From contig JAZTWH010000011.1 of the NCBI GenBank assembly GCA_045635765.1, forward strand, positions 4,411 to 68,410: a stretch of 64,000 nucleotides of DNA, read 5' to 3'. Of this stretch, positions 9,886-19,273 are shown piece after piece. The notes below the pieces were generated by a model. The model did not search any database and had not been told where the DNA came from. It worked only from the letters and a program-made list of their open reading frames with translations. The stretch's first letter is position 1; each line of letters begins with the position of its first letter. The translations under genes were made by a program, and so were the position numbers. Source of the DNA: Eubacteriales bacterium (GTDB taxonomy: Bacteria; Bacillota; Clostridia; Oscillospirales; UBA644).

Positions 9886-10141
9886 AAAAGTCGGGCCTTC
9901 CCTTTGGAAGGTCCGAACTTTTTTGGGGAAGACCCCACTCTTTTATGAACGGCCCGAATTTTTTTAGGGACGCCCCCACTTTTTTGAGGACGGCCCGGCT
10001 TTTTTGAGGACGCCCCCACTTTTTTTGAGGACGGCCCGGCTTTTTTGAGGACGGCCCGGCTTTTTTGGACGCCCCATTTTTTGGGGGGCGGCCCTGCTTT
10101 TTTTGGGGCAGCCCGGCTTTTTTGGGGCCGGCCCGATTTTT
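9886..10141. repeat. tandem repeat array B, about 20-bp unit x about 12 (GAGGACGGCCCGGCTTTTTT and variants)
   Basis: Successive units each consist of a GC-rich 12-14-mer followed by T5-T7. The array abuts the stop codon of the minus-strand gene ending at 10140. Confidence 0.9.
9888..9924. terminator. bidirectional intrinsic terminator
   Basis: A-run, stem TCGGGCCTTCC/GGAAGGTCCGA, then T-run (AAAAAAGTCGGGCCTTCCCTTTGGAAGGTCCGAACTTTTTT). Confidence 0.7.
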
Positions 10142-10670
10142 ATGCTTCCGGATTCTTTGTAAAGAATCGAAGGGCTTTCAGCAGGGGAAAAATCAGCATC
10201 CCGGCCACCAAGTTTCCTCCGAAGTGGAGAAGGTCAAAGGGAAGGCCTGACAGAATCCAGGCTACCGTTTGCTTGAAATCGTATCCGAACATCAGGGGCT
10301 GGGCGGGGGCGTAGAGGGTCCCGTACAGAAGGCCGTGGAGGGCACAGACGGCGGGGTAGACCCAAAGGGCCCATCGGTCGGGGATTTTTTTTGGAATCAG
10401 CATGGCCATCGCCCACAGGACCGTCCAAAGGTACAGATAGGGGACCCACCAAGGGTTAAACCCGTGGAACAGACCTACGAGAAGGACGTAAGCATACAGG
10501 GGGATCAGTGCTTTCCACCGGAACAGCAAGGTCATCAGCATAATGGACATCCCCGTCAGATGGATGTTGGGCAAAAGAGACATTACCAGCTGAGATGCGT
10601 AAATTATGGCCGGGAAAAGCCCGAACAGTACCACTTCCCGTATCGTCAAAAAAGGTTTCTTGGATTTCAC
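10140..10670 (-). CDS. polytopic membrane protein, probable ECF-transporter S component (B12-riboswitch controlled; CbrT-like role inferred)
   Basis: 176 aa with 5-6 hydrophobic helices. Overlaps the upstream DUF4430 gene by 4 nt and is co-transcribed behind a cobalamin riboswitch. The family call is based on size, topology and context, not on a strong motif. Confidence 0.55.
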   Translation of the reverse strand: MKSKKPFLTIREVVLFGLFPAIIYASQLVMSLLPNIHLTGMSIMLMTLLFRWKALIPLYAYVLLVGLFHGFNPWWVPYLYLWTVLWAMAMLIPKKIPDRWALWVYPAVCALHGLLYGTLYAPAQPLMFGYDFKQTVAWILSGLPFDLLHFGGNLVAGMLIFPLLKALRFFTKNPEA

Positions 10671-11101
10671 TTCGTATAGACCAGCTTATAGTGTCCGCCG
10701 TCGGCAATCTTGATTCCGTCCACGCCGGTCATGGCCGCCGTGTCTCCTTGGTAGACGGCCCAGTAGGCCCCGTTGACGTCGTAGTCGGCCAGCTCTCCGT
10801 TGACGGTTTTTATGTAGAGACCGTAGGGTCCGTCCTCGCCCTGAACGAGGGATTCCTGCTCCAGGGCTCCCCGGAGAGTTTCCGATGCGGTCTCAATGGT
10901 GAAGGTGGTGGTCTTTCCGTCGCTTCCAATGACGTCGACGGTGATGGTGACGGTGTTTTTTTGTTCTCCGTTGGTAACTTCACTGCTTCCGATTGCGGAA
11001 TCGGTGCCGTCTGCGGGGGATTCGACTCCCGTGCAGGCGGTGAGGCACAGGGCCATCAATAAGGCCAACAAAAGGGACAGGATGCGAAGATTCTTTTTCA
11101 T
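10667..11101 (-). CDS. DUF4430-domain lipoprotein (transcobalamin-like fold family)
   Basis: Lipobox LLMALCLTAC. C-terminal GPYGLYIKTVNG...AYWAVYQGD...G...I.DG pattern typical of DUF4430. Confidence 0.7.
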   Translation of the reverse strand: MKKNLRILSLLLALLMALCLTACTGVESPADGTDSAIGSSEVTNGEQKNTVTITVDVIGSDGKTTTFTIETASETLRGALEQESLVQGEDGPYGLYIKTVNGELADYDVNGAYWAVYQGDTAAMTGVDGIKIADGGHYKLVYTK

Positions 11102-11124
11102 AATGATGTTTCTCCTTTGAAATT

Positions 11125-11375
11125 AAAATTCAAAAAAGAACAAACGCAATGCCGTCCCCTCCCGAGGGAGAAGACGGCACAAAAACCCCTTGTAGCCATC
11201 TTCTCTCCCAATTGCCCAAGAGACGAATATTGCAGACACAAGACGGGGAGCATTCTGACTGACCGGCCCCTGACGGCAGACCGGATTACAGCAATGGCGG
11301 TTGCTCCGGAGTTTCACCGGATTTCCTCCCCACGGCAGGGCCGCACCGCAATCGGAATTTGTTGCGGTGAATTGC
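11125..11375 (-). promoter_or_regulatory. cobalamin (B12) riboswitch with terminator-type expression platform
   Basis: Minus strand reads GGGGAGGAAATCCGGTGAAACTCCGGAGCAACCGCCATTGCTGTAA...GTCAGTCAGAATGCTCCCC. This is the conserved core (GGGAA..GGTGAAA.TCC..GC..CCGCC..CTGTAA) and a B12-box-like element. It is followed by the hairpin GCCGTCTTCTCCC-TCGG-GAGGGGACGGC and a U-rich tract just upstream of the DUF4430 RBS. Confidence 0.75.
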
Positions 11376-11508
11376 GTGTTTATTCCATTTCTATGTTATT
11401 CTAACATATTTCGGGCCTATTTGCAAGAGATGTTACAAAAAAGAACCGTTTATACATCTTGCACAAAAATCCATCGGTTTTTTTGTGCGAGGGGACCGAA
11501 AAAGTCCA

Positions 11509-11537
11509 TTGACCTTTTTTTATATCTATGATATAAT
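11509..11537 (+). promoter_or_regulatory. sigma-A promoter TTGACC-N17-TATAAT
   Basis: TTGACC 11509-11514, 17-nt spacer, TATAAT 11532-11537, about 35 nt upstream of the GLUG/dockerin gene. Confidence 0.65.
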
Positions 11538-11572
11538 ATATATACATAGACACGATGACAGGAGGGATGACA

Positions 11573-13402
11573 ATGAAGCGGTGTTCCGTTCTTTTGTGCT
11601 TCCTTCTGTCCTTTTTTTTGTTGGGGGGGATTCTTCCCTCTCCCAAAACCGAGGCCCAAGACAGCGTCCCCGCCGGCTGGACGGGGATTTACGACCGGGC
11701 AGGGCTGGAGTCCATTTCCGCCGCCCCGGGGGGCAATTACATATTGATGAACGATATTGACCTTTCCGCCGGCCCTTGGCAGGCCCTTTGCTCCCAGGAC
11801 GCCCCCTTCACCGGGACCTTGAACGGCAACGGCCACACCGTTTACGGCATGACCGTCTCCGATTCGGTGGACGGGTGCGGATTGTTTTCTTACCTGTGCG
11901 GAGGTACCGTCCAGTCCTTGACCGTCTCCGGCACATCCTCCGGCCCCATCGCCGGGATTTTGGCCGGAAAGATCAGCCGGGGCACCGTGAAGGATTGCTC
12001 GGTCAGCGGCCGGGTCAATTCCTCCTTTTTCGGAGGCGGCATTGCCGGGCAGATCTCCGGCTCTTCGGTGACCCTCTCGGGGTGCCATTCCCGGGTAACC
12101 CTTTCGGGAACCGGTTCTTCTGCGGGAGAATTGGTTTTGGGAGGGATTTGCGGCGGCGTCTACGGCACGGGGCAGGTCTTTTCCGACTGTACCTTTTCCG
12201 GGGAGTTATCTCCCCAGGGGCCGGTGGTTAACGCCGGCGGCATTGCCGGACTCCTTGAGGGCGGAGCCGACGGGGTCATTACCGTTCTTGAAAGTCATTC
12301 TCAGGGAACCCTTTCTCTTTCTTATACCGAATCGGCCTGTGTGGGCGGCATTGCCGGACGGATCGGCAATGGAACGGTCACCCTTTCCCGCTGTACCTTT
12401 ACGGGGGATTGGAGGGATTCGGACTGCCGGGGAGTTTTATCCCTGGGCGGCATTGCGGGCCGGGCCGAATCTGCCGGGCAGATCGTGGTGACCCAATGCT
12501 CCTCTTCCGGGAGCCTGACCGGGGTGAGCCATTCAGATTTCTCCTATTCCGACGGCTACCGTTGCACGGGCTGTTCCGCCTTACTGGGCTCGGTCGGGAC
12601 CTCCAACGGCGGAACTGTCGCGGTCCAGCGGGACCTTGAGGTGGACTATTCGGCGTATGTAGGCGGAATCGTGGGAGCAAGCATCGCTAATGGGGGCACG
12701 GTAAAGGTATCCCAATGCTCCTCCTCCGTCTTTCTCACCGGCTCCGGGGCACCGCTGATGATGGGCGGCATTGTCGGGATGAATCGGGCCGATGCCGGTA
12801 CGGCCTTGATCGAAGATTGCTTTTCCGGGGGAAGGATCACCGATTCCTCTCCCGTTCACGGGGAGATCGCCTCTGCCCACGGGGGCATCGCCGGATTCCA
12901 CGGCGGAACCGGACGGGCGGAGCTGACCCGATGCTTTTCCTCCTGCGAGTTGCAGGTGGATTACCCCTTAGCCGACGGTGCCATCGCCGGAATCGTCAGT
13001 GCTTTTTACGGAGATTCCATTGCTTCCCCGGATCCCAATGCCGTCAGCGTCAACGCCTGTTATACCTGGACGGGGGTTCGGGATGCCTACGGGATTCCCT
13101 TGACGGGGACACAGGTTTCCGACCCCTCCTCCTATGAAGAATTCGATTTCCTCTCCGTCTGGAAGATGGACTCCGGGTCCGGGACCCCCAGACCCCAGTC
13201 CTCCGCCTTGGCTGAGGCTTCGGCCCTCCCGGGCGATGTCGACGGAAACGGCCGGATCACCCGACATGACGGGGTGCTTTTGGCCCGCTATTTGACGGGG
13301 AATTCCCCTCTGACCGAGGCCCAAAGGCAACGGGCCGACCTGAATGGCGACGGGGCCCTGAATTCCCTGGACACAGCCCTGATTCTCCGCCGGGCCTCAT
13401 AA
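11573..13402 (+). CDS. secreted GLUG-motif repeat protein with C-terminal type I dockerin
   Basis: Signal peptide MKRCSVLLCFLLSFFLLGG. Many GGIAG/GGIVG (GLUG-like) repeats. C-terminal duplicated Ca-binding segments GDVDGNGRITRHDGVLLARYL and ADLNGDGALNSLDTALILR form the dockerin. Start chosen 6 nt after GGAGGG. Confidence 0.85.
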   Translation: MKRCSVLLCFLLSFFLLGGILPSPKTEAQDSVPAGWTGIYDRAGLESISAAPGGNYILMNDIDLSAGPWQALCSQDAPFTGTLNGNGHTVYGMTVSDSVDGCGLFSYLCGGTVQSLTVSGTSSGPIAGILAGKISRGTVKDCSVSGRVNSSFFGGGIAGQISGSSVTLSGCHSRVTLSGTGSSAGELVLGGICGGVYGTGQVFSDCTFSGELSPQGPVVNAGGIAGLLEGGADGVITVLESHSQGTLSLSYTESACVGGIAGRIGNGTVTLSRCTFTGDWRDSDCRGVLSLGGIAGRAESAGQIVVTQCSSSGSLTGVSHSDFSYSDGYRCTGCSALLGSVGTSNGGTVAVQRDLEVDYSAYVGGIVGASIANGGTVKVSQCSSSVFLTGSGAPLMMGGIVGMNRADAGTALIEDCFSGGRITDSSPVHGEIASAHGGIAGFHGGTGRAELTRCFSSCELQVDYPLADGAIAGIVSAFYGDSIASPDPNAVSVNACYTWTGVRDAYGIPLTGTQVSDPSSYEEFDFLSVWKMDSGSGTPRPQSSALAEASALPGDVDGNGRITRHDGVLLARYLTGNSPLTEAQRQRADLNGDGALNSLDTALILRRAS

Positions 13403-13555
13403 CGGCTCAAAACAAAACACCTCCGTGCCGTCCCCGGCATTGCCGGGCAGCTTAGCCCGGACACCGACACGATTAAGCCCCGTCCCTGCCGGACCTTTTG
13501 ACCACCCCGGCGGCCGTCACGAGAGTAAATTATTTTACGAAACCGAGGATGTCGT

Positions 13556-15616
13556 ATGAAATTGAAAAAGCGTGCTATAACACTTTTCTTGAGTGGGATT
13601 CTGTTTCTCAGCCTTTTGGTTCCTCTTCGGGGGCAGACCACGTCGCTGAGCGTTGCGTCGTCTCTGCAAACGGGGGAATACGTTTTTGTTCTTCCCCAGA
13701 TTCAGCCTACGGGATGGAGTCACGGCGATTATTATATGCGGGCGGAACGGGCCGTCAATCCCGGGATGCGGTTTGCGGAGTTCAATATCAATTTTCCCAA
13801 CTCGCTCACCTATTGGAAGGTGACGAGAATTTCCGCCAGCCAATGTACGGTGCAGGACCCCTCTAAGGGAGAAAACGGATATTTGAACCTCAGTGCCCAA
13901 GGGGGGCTGGTCTTTGGGCCAAAGCAAAATTTGAATTACAGTTTTAGCGAAGGAAAATTTAAATTTTACGTGGTAGAGGGCGGAGTGACCTATTACATCC
14001 GCTTTACCAATCGCACCAACAACGAGCCCCGGTTCCACTGTGGGGCCGACGATTCCAGCACGGCCTTTTATTTGTACCAAAAAGAGACCTTGGCCACCTC
14101 CAACGACGCCGACCGTCCTCTGCCCACGGAGGATCCGCTGTTGACCGTTGCCTGCATTTCCGATCTGCACGCCGATTATGGATTGCAGAGCCGTTCTCCG
14201 TACGTTCGAAATTGTGTGATTACCACCCTTCGTCGGATCGGTGCGGAGGAAGATGCGGACATTGTCCTGTTTGGCGGAGACAATACCTCCGATAATGCGG
14301 GGTTGTCGGAACGGGGAGGCTGGTCCTATCAGACCTATCAAAAGGTTATTGCTGCGTATGGGACCTTGGCCGGCGAGGCCACCGAATCGGGCCGTTCCCT
14401 TTGGGCTGCGGGCAATCACGATTATCAAGCAGGAGAAGATGACGGATACGATTCCTACGCCGGCTACGAATCCATTATGAAAGAGGGCTGTGGCGACCCC
14501 ATCTCCGTCTATCGGCAAAAGGATGACCGAACCTTGTCCGATCAGCGGTACCCCGATTACATAATGGGGCTTCACTATAACGTGGAAGGCTTCGACTTTA
14601 TTGTCTTGAACGCCCCCTATTCCAAGGCTTTGTGCTATTCCACCGGCACGCTCCAATGGCTCAGAAACCGTTTGGCCGCCATCGGGGAAGACCGCACCGT
14701 ATTTTTGTTGACCCATTATCCTTTTGATGCACAGCAACTTACCGTTCCCGATTACGGGCTTTCCGGGGAACAGTATACGGCCATGAAGAACGTTCTGCAG
14801 AATTATCCCAACGTGATTTATCTGTACGGCCACAACCACGGCAGAAATGATTCGGTGTATATCTCTCAGGATACCTTTGAGCGAATTGATTTTTATACCA
14901 AAAGCGGAAAAGTGGTCAACAACCGAAACGTGATCCCCACATCCTTTATCACCTCCTTTATGGGGTCCATGTCGTACTACCGAAATTCCCTCGATCCAGA
15001 TACCCTTTCTGCCCAGGATCCCCAGATCGTTCAGGCCTTGATGATCTACGTGTACCGGGATCGGATTGTGTTCCAGATGAAGAATTACGGCAGCCACAGC
15101 AGTCACGCCAATCGGATTCTGAAGCCCTGGACTGTCATGCGGGATGTGGCCGGATCCTTGAATTTGGAGGATGATTCTTCTTCCAATCCCTCTACCGATT
15201 CATCCGGGTCTTCCAATTCCAACCCCTCCCAGGGGTCTCAATCTTCCCAGGGAACGCCCACCGACTCCCAGGGCGGAGCCGGAGGAAGTCTTTCTTTGGG
15301 CAGCACCGACGGTGCCCAAGGCGGGACCACGGGAGACCTTCCCGGCGGCGGAACGGATTCCTCTCAGGGAGGAATGACCCAGTCAGGATCCTCCGACACG
15401 ACCCATGAACCCCAAGACGGAACGGGGACGGGAAATGACGGCACCGGAAATGCCGGATTCGGAACTCCGGGAGCCGGGGACGAGGCTGTTTTCAGCGTTG
15501 CCGGGGTGATGATGGCCGTGGCTGGGGGCGTGATCGCTCTGGGTGGTCTTGGTACCTTGAGCTTCGTACTTGTTCGGATGTGGAAGAAGGATCGGGAGGA
15601 CCCCGATGGTCAGTAA
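13556..15616 (+). CDS. extracellular calcineurin-like metallophosphoesterase with Ser/Gly/Thr-rich linker and C-terminal membrane anchor
   Basis: Signal peptide present. Motifs ISDLHADYG, GGDNTSD, AGNHDY, LTHYP and YGHNHG. About 130 aa of low complexity (SSNPSTDSSGSSNS...), one C-terminal TM helix, then KKDREDPDGQ. Confidence 0.85.
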   Translation: MKLKKRAITLFLSGILFLSLLVPLRGQTTSLSVASSLQTGEYVFVLPQIQPTGWSHGDYYMRAERAVNPGMRFAEFNINFPNSLTYWKVTRISASQCTVQDPSKGENGYLNLSAQGGLVFGPKQNLNYSFSEGKFKFYVVEGGVTYYIRFTNRTNNEPRFHCGADDSSTAFYLYQKETLATSNDADRPLPTEDPLLTVACISDLHADYGLQSRSPYVRNCVITTLRRIGAEEDADIVLFGGDNTSDNAGLSERGGWSYQTYQKVIAAYGTLAGEATESGRSLWAAGNHDYQAGEDDGYDSYAGYESIMKEGCGDPISVYRQKDDRTLSDQRYPDYIMGLHYNVEGFDFIVLNAPYSKALCYSTGTLQWLRNRLAAIGEDRTVFLLTHYPFDAQQLTVPDYGLSGEQYTAMKNVLQNYPNVIYLYGHNHGRNDSVYISQDTFERIDFYTKSGKVVNNRNVIPTSFITSFMGSMSYYRNSLDPDTLSAQDPQIVQALMIYVYRDRIVFQMKNYGSHSSHANRILKPWTVMRDVAGSLNLEDDSSSNPSTDSSGSSNSNPSQGSQSSQGTPTDSQGGAGGSLSLGSTDGAQGGTTGDLPGGGTDSSQGGMTQSGSSDTTHEPQDGTGTGNDGTGNAGFGTPGAGDEAVFSVAGVMMAVAGGVIALGGLGTLSFVLVRMWKKDREDPDGQ

Positions 15617-15701
15617 TTTTTTTGAGTGGTGAGAATGTCCCGGGGAAGGGGCGTGCCCATTCCCCCCCCCTGCTATAAGAAACCCGACGGGGTCAGAAAG
15701 G

Positions 15702-16385
15702 ATGGAAACTGTGGATTCGGATAAGAAAAAAATATTGGAGCCGGTCACGGCCTACACCGAAGGGGTCTGGGAAGACGAAGAAATGCTTCGGCAACTGGAC
15801 GGTTATCTGCAGATGCAGCATATCTACAACGCCGCCATTCGGGAAGTTACCACAAAGCTGCAGATTTTGGATGAAGAATTTCAGTGCCGTTACGACCACA
15901 ACCCCATTCACCATATGGAATCCCGACTGAAAACGCCCCGATCCATCGTGGGGAAGCTCCGACGGCGGGAAGAAGAGATCAGTGCGGAGTCGGCCCGACG
16001 CCATTTGACCGACATTGCCGGAATCCGGGTCGTTTGTTGCTATATCGAGGATGTTTACCGCATTGCGGAGTTGTTGTTGCATCAGGACGACGTGACGCTG
16101 ATTCGGAAATCCGATTATATCAAGGAACCGAAGGAAAACGGATATCGGTCCTTGCATTTGGTGATTCAGGTCCCCGTGTATCTCTCCAACCGCACGGAAC
16201 GGGTTCCCGTGGAGGTCCAGATCCGCACCGAGGGGATGGACTTTTGGGCCAGCCTGGAGCATCAGATGCGGTACAAATCCGTCCGCCCCGTTTCCCAAGA
16301 TCTTCAGAAGCAATTGCGGGAATGTGCGGAAGATTTGGCGAGAATTGACGTTAAGATGCAAAAAATTTATAAACACCTTCAATAA
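15702..16385 (+). CDS. small alarmone synthetase (GTP pyrophosphokinase, RelP/RelQ family)
   Basis: HHMESRLKTPRSIVGKL, DIAGIRVVC, ENGYRSLHLV and EVQIRTEGMDFWASLEH are the (p)ppGpp synthetase domain motifs. The size (227 aa) fits single-domain SAS proteins. Confidence 0.9.
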   Translation: METVDSDKKKILEPVTAYTEGVWEDEEMLRQLDGYLQMQHIYNAAIREVTTKLQILDEEFQCRYDHNPIHHMESRLKTPRSIVGKLRRREEEISAESARRHLTDIAGIRVVCCYIEDVYRIAELLLHQDDVTLIRKSDYIKEPKENGYRSLHLVIQVPVYLSNRTERVPVEVQIRTEGMDFWASLEHQMRYKSVRPVSQDLQKQLRECAEDLARIDVKMQKIYKHLQ

Positions 16386-16428
16386 AAAACCTCCTCCGTG
16401 TCATACTAAGAGCACGGAGGAATTTTTT

Positions 16429-17586
16429 ATGGATTTTTTAACGCGAGCCATGGCCATGACGCCGGTCCTGACGTCCTTTCGACGCCGGTTTCACAATTGC
16501 CCGGAGATTGGTTTTGATCTTCCCCGGACAAAAACGCTGATTTTCGAGCAATTAAAACGAATGAGGCTGTCGCCTCAAATGATAGGAAAGGGAAGCATCG
16601 TGGCGGACCTGGGCCCCCCGCAACGGGAAGGCGGGGTTCTTCTCCGGGCCGACGTGGATGCGTTGGCCATTCCCGAAGAGGCAGACGTCCCCTTCCGGGC
16701 AACCAACGGACGGATGCACGGCTGCGGGCACGATCTGCACGGGGCTATGCTTTTGGGTGCGGCGGCATTGTTAAAGGAGGTGGAATCCTCCCTGCCCCGC
16801 CGGGTCCGATTGTTGTTTCAGCCGGCCGAGGAAACCTTGGAGGGGGCGGCGGATGCCATATCCGCAGGAGTATGTGACGGCATTTCCTCTGCGTATATGC
16901 TCCACGTAACGGTCAACACCCGTCTGCCCGCGGGAACGGTAATCCTTCCCCCTTCGGGGGTCATTGCCCCCGGGGCGGACTTTTTTGAAATTACCGTCCA
17001 CGGCAAGGGATGTCACGGGGCGGACCCGGCCTCGGGCATCGACGCTCTGTCCACGGCGGCCCGAATTTTGTTGGGATTGCAACATCTGCCTTCCCGGGAA
17101 TTCCCTTCCGGGGCTCGGGGAGCCCTGACCGTGGGAGCCCTCCGGGGCGGAGAGGCGTTCAACGTCATCCCCGACCGGGCCCTGCTTCGGGGAAGTCTGC
17201 GATGCTTTGAGGATGACCTGAGACAGAGTCTGAAAACCCGCGTGGAAGAGATTTCCCATTCCGCAGCCCGGGCTTTCCGGGCAAGGGCAGAGGTGTCTTT
17301 TCCCGTAAGTTGCCCCTCCCTCATCAACGACCCGGCCCTGCGTAATGCACTTCCGCACCCCCTGAGCCGGGCCTTGGGAAAGGAGCGGCTTTTCGTGGTC
17401 GACGCCTCCGACGGAGTGGCAGGCTCCGAGGACTTTGCGGAAATCTCCCGAAAAGTCCCGGCGGTAATGCTGGCCCTCGCCGCCGGTGACCCCGGGGTTT
17501 CCCTGCATCACCCCAAAATTATTTTTGACGAGGCCGCATTGCCCTACGGTGCCGCCACCTTAGCCACCATCGCTACGCTCTCATAG
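16429..17586 (+). CDS. M20D-family amidohydrolase (N-acyl-L-amino acid amidohydrolase / hippurate hydrolase-like)
   Basis: FHNCPEIGF, RADVDALAI, MHGCGHDLH and LFQPAEE motifs. Start taken at MDFLTR (16429) after GGAGGA; the upstream part of the ORF overlaps the relQ-like terminator hairpin. Confidence 0.85.
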   Translation: MDFLTRAMAMTPVLTSFRRRFHNCPEIGFDLPRTKTLIFEQLKRMRLSPQMIGKGSIVADLGPPQREGGVLLRADVDALAIPEEADVPFRATNGRMHGCGHDLHGAMLLGAAALLKEVESSLPRRVRLLFQPAEETLEGAADAISAGVCDGISSAYMLHVTVNTRLPAGTVILPPSGVIAPGADFFEITVHGKGCHGADPASGIDALSTAARILLGLQHLPSREFPSGARGALTVGALRGGEAFNVIPDRALLRGSLRCFEDDLRQSLKTRVEEISHSAARAFRARAEVSFPVSCPSLINDPALRNALPHPLSRALGKERLFVVDASDGVAGSEDFAEISRKVPAVMLALAAGDPGVSLHHPKIIFDEAALPYGAATLATIATLS

Positions 17587-17900
17587 CTTTGGCACCATCA
17601 TCGCCAAAAGCCTTGGTAATTCGCTAGGGCATCATCGCTACCAAAGGATTTGGGAATTATTGTCTTCCGCTAACGGGCTTGGGCGTTGCGGTCGCCCTCT
17701 AACAGCCTTGAGCGTCGCGGTCGCCCGTTAGCAACCTTGGGGGCGTGGTCGCCCGTTAGCAACCTTGGGCGTCTTGGCTGCCCGCTAACAGCCTTGGGCG
17801 TCGCTGTCGCCCTTTAACAGTCTTGGTTATCAGGGCTTGGACATCATTATTCCTTGCAAATTTTGGCAGTTATGAATTTTGGCAGTCATGAATTTTGGCA
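17587..17900. repeat. tandem repeat array C (about 30-bp unit x 5-6, then 17-bp unit x 2.5)
   Basis: Units such as GTCGCCCGTTAGCAACCTTGGGCGT(CGCG) repeated from about 17666 to 17827, followed by AATTTTGGCAGTNATG x 2.5. The array starts directly after the stop at 17586. Confidence 0.85.
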
Positions 17901-17915
17901 ACGGGGGGGCAAATG

Positions 17916-17964
17916 AAAAACCCGGATGCGGCGTGGTTGGACACGTTGCATCCGGGGCTTTTTT
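17916..17964. terminator. bidirectional intrinsic terminator between convergent genes
   Basis: AAAAA-CCCGGATGC...GCATCCGGG-GCTTTTTT. Confidence 0.7.
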
Positions 17965-17974
17965 AAGGGGGGGA

Positions 17975-19273
17975 TTACTGTTGGGTCAGCTCTTCCAGAA
18001 TCAGCTGGGTGGTGTGGACGGCGTTGTTGCGGACGTAGGTGATCTCCATGGAATCCCCGATCTGCATGCTGCGGATCACTTCCTTCAGCTGGTCGATGGA
18101 TTCGATGTTGATTTCTCCGGCCTTGATAATGATGTCACCCTGCTTGAGGCCTGCCTTATCTGCGGGTCCGCCCACGACGACGGAGAGGATGTAGGCACCC
18201 TTCGAATTTTCGGTTTCGTAGGTGGCTCCCGAAATGCCGATGCCGGGACGGGAAACCCTGCCGGTGTTCATGATCTCTTCTGCCAAGGGGAGGACCTTGT
18301 CGATCTGCAGGGCAAAGCCCAGGTTTTCGTAGGTTCCGGAAATTTTAATGGAGTTGATGCCGATGATCTGTCCGTACACGTTCACCAAGGGGCCGCCGGA
18401 GTTCCCGGAATTGATGGCGGCGTCGTGCTGAATCAAGTCCAGGGTAAAGCCCAATTCGGGGAAATTCAACCCCTTCCGCAACGCAGAGACCATGCCCTCC
18501 GTTGCCGTATAGGACAGATTGACGTCGTAGGGAGTGCCGATGGCAATGACGTAATCGCCGGGTACCACCTTGGAGGATTCTCCGAATTCTGCCGGAGTCA
18601 GGCCGGTGGCCTTGATCTTAATGACCGCCGTATCCGATTCGGTATCGAATCCGATCAACGTTGCGGGATAATTGTTTCCCTGATAGTCCGTGACCGAAAG
18701 GGAGGAAGCCCCTTCCACCACGTGGGCATTGGTGAGAATATACCCGTTGTCGGTGTAAATAATCCCGGTGCCGAAGCCTCCCGCTACCTGCCCCTGGACG
18801 ACGTCCTTTTCTACCGAGACGGTAACCACGGAGGGGGAGACCTTCTTGATGATTTCCTGGGGCGTCAGTTTGTCCCCTTCTTCCACGTTATCCCGGTATT
18901 GATACGAGGGGGTGACGCTTTGGGGAATGGCAAAGGCCCCCTGGGAGTTGCTTGCCGCCCAAATTCCGAAAACGCCCAGTAAAAGGGAAAAGCATACGGC
19001 GATAATGGCAACGGCCATCCAGCCCCCGTTTTTCTGCTTCTTGACCGGAGCGGGAGCCGACGGCGTCAACTCACAACCCGCCGGAGCAACCGAGGCGACT
19101 GCCGTTTCTGCCGGAGCGACTGCCGTTTCTGCCGGAGCAACCGAAGTAACTGTCGGAGGAACTGCCGTTGCCGTCGAAGCGGACTCCGGAGCGAGGGGGT
19201 CTTTGGGTGGTTGGGGGAGGTGGACAGTCCGTTCCATGGAGGAGGTTTCGGGGGAAAAATCGAAGGGTTCCAT
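17975..19273 (-). CDS. htrA: HtrA/DegP-family serine protease (S1C) with N-terminal anchor and PDZ domain
   Basis: Catalytic triad contexts ILTNAHVV, DTAVIKI and GNSGGPLVN. C-terminal PDZ (GAYILSVVVGGPADKAGLKQGDIIIK). One TM helix. N-terminal APAETAV repeat. Confidence 0.9.
   Translation of the reverse strand: MEPFDFSPETSSMERTVHLPQPPKDPLAPESASTATAVPPTVTSVAPAETAVAPAETAVASVAPAGCELTPSAPAPVKKQKNGGWMAVAIIAVCFSLLLGVFGIWAASNSQGAFAIPQSVTPSYQYRDNVEEGDKLTPQEIIKKVSPSVVTVSVEKDVVQGQVAGGFGTGIIYTDNGYILTNAHVVEGASSLSVTDYQGNNYPATLIGFDTESDTAVIKIKATGLTPAEFGESSKVVPGDYVIAIGTPYDVNLSYTATEGMVSALRKGLNFPELGFTLDLIQHDAAINSGNSGGPLVNVYGQIIGINSIKISGTYENLGFALQIDKVLPLAEEIMNTGRVSRPGIGISGATYETENSKGAYILSVVVGGPADKAGLKQGDIIIKAGEINIESIDQLKEVIRSMQIGDSMEITYVRNNAVHTTQLILEELTQQ

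Noticed and set aside
11117-11404. 95-aa plus-strand ORF between the DUF4430 gene and the GLUG protein gene.
   Set aside because: It coincides with the cobalamin riboswitch on the opposite strand, has no RBS and has an arbitrary composition.
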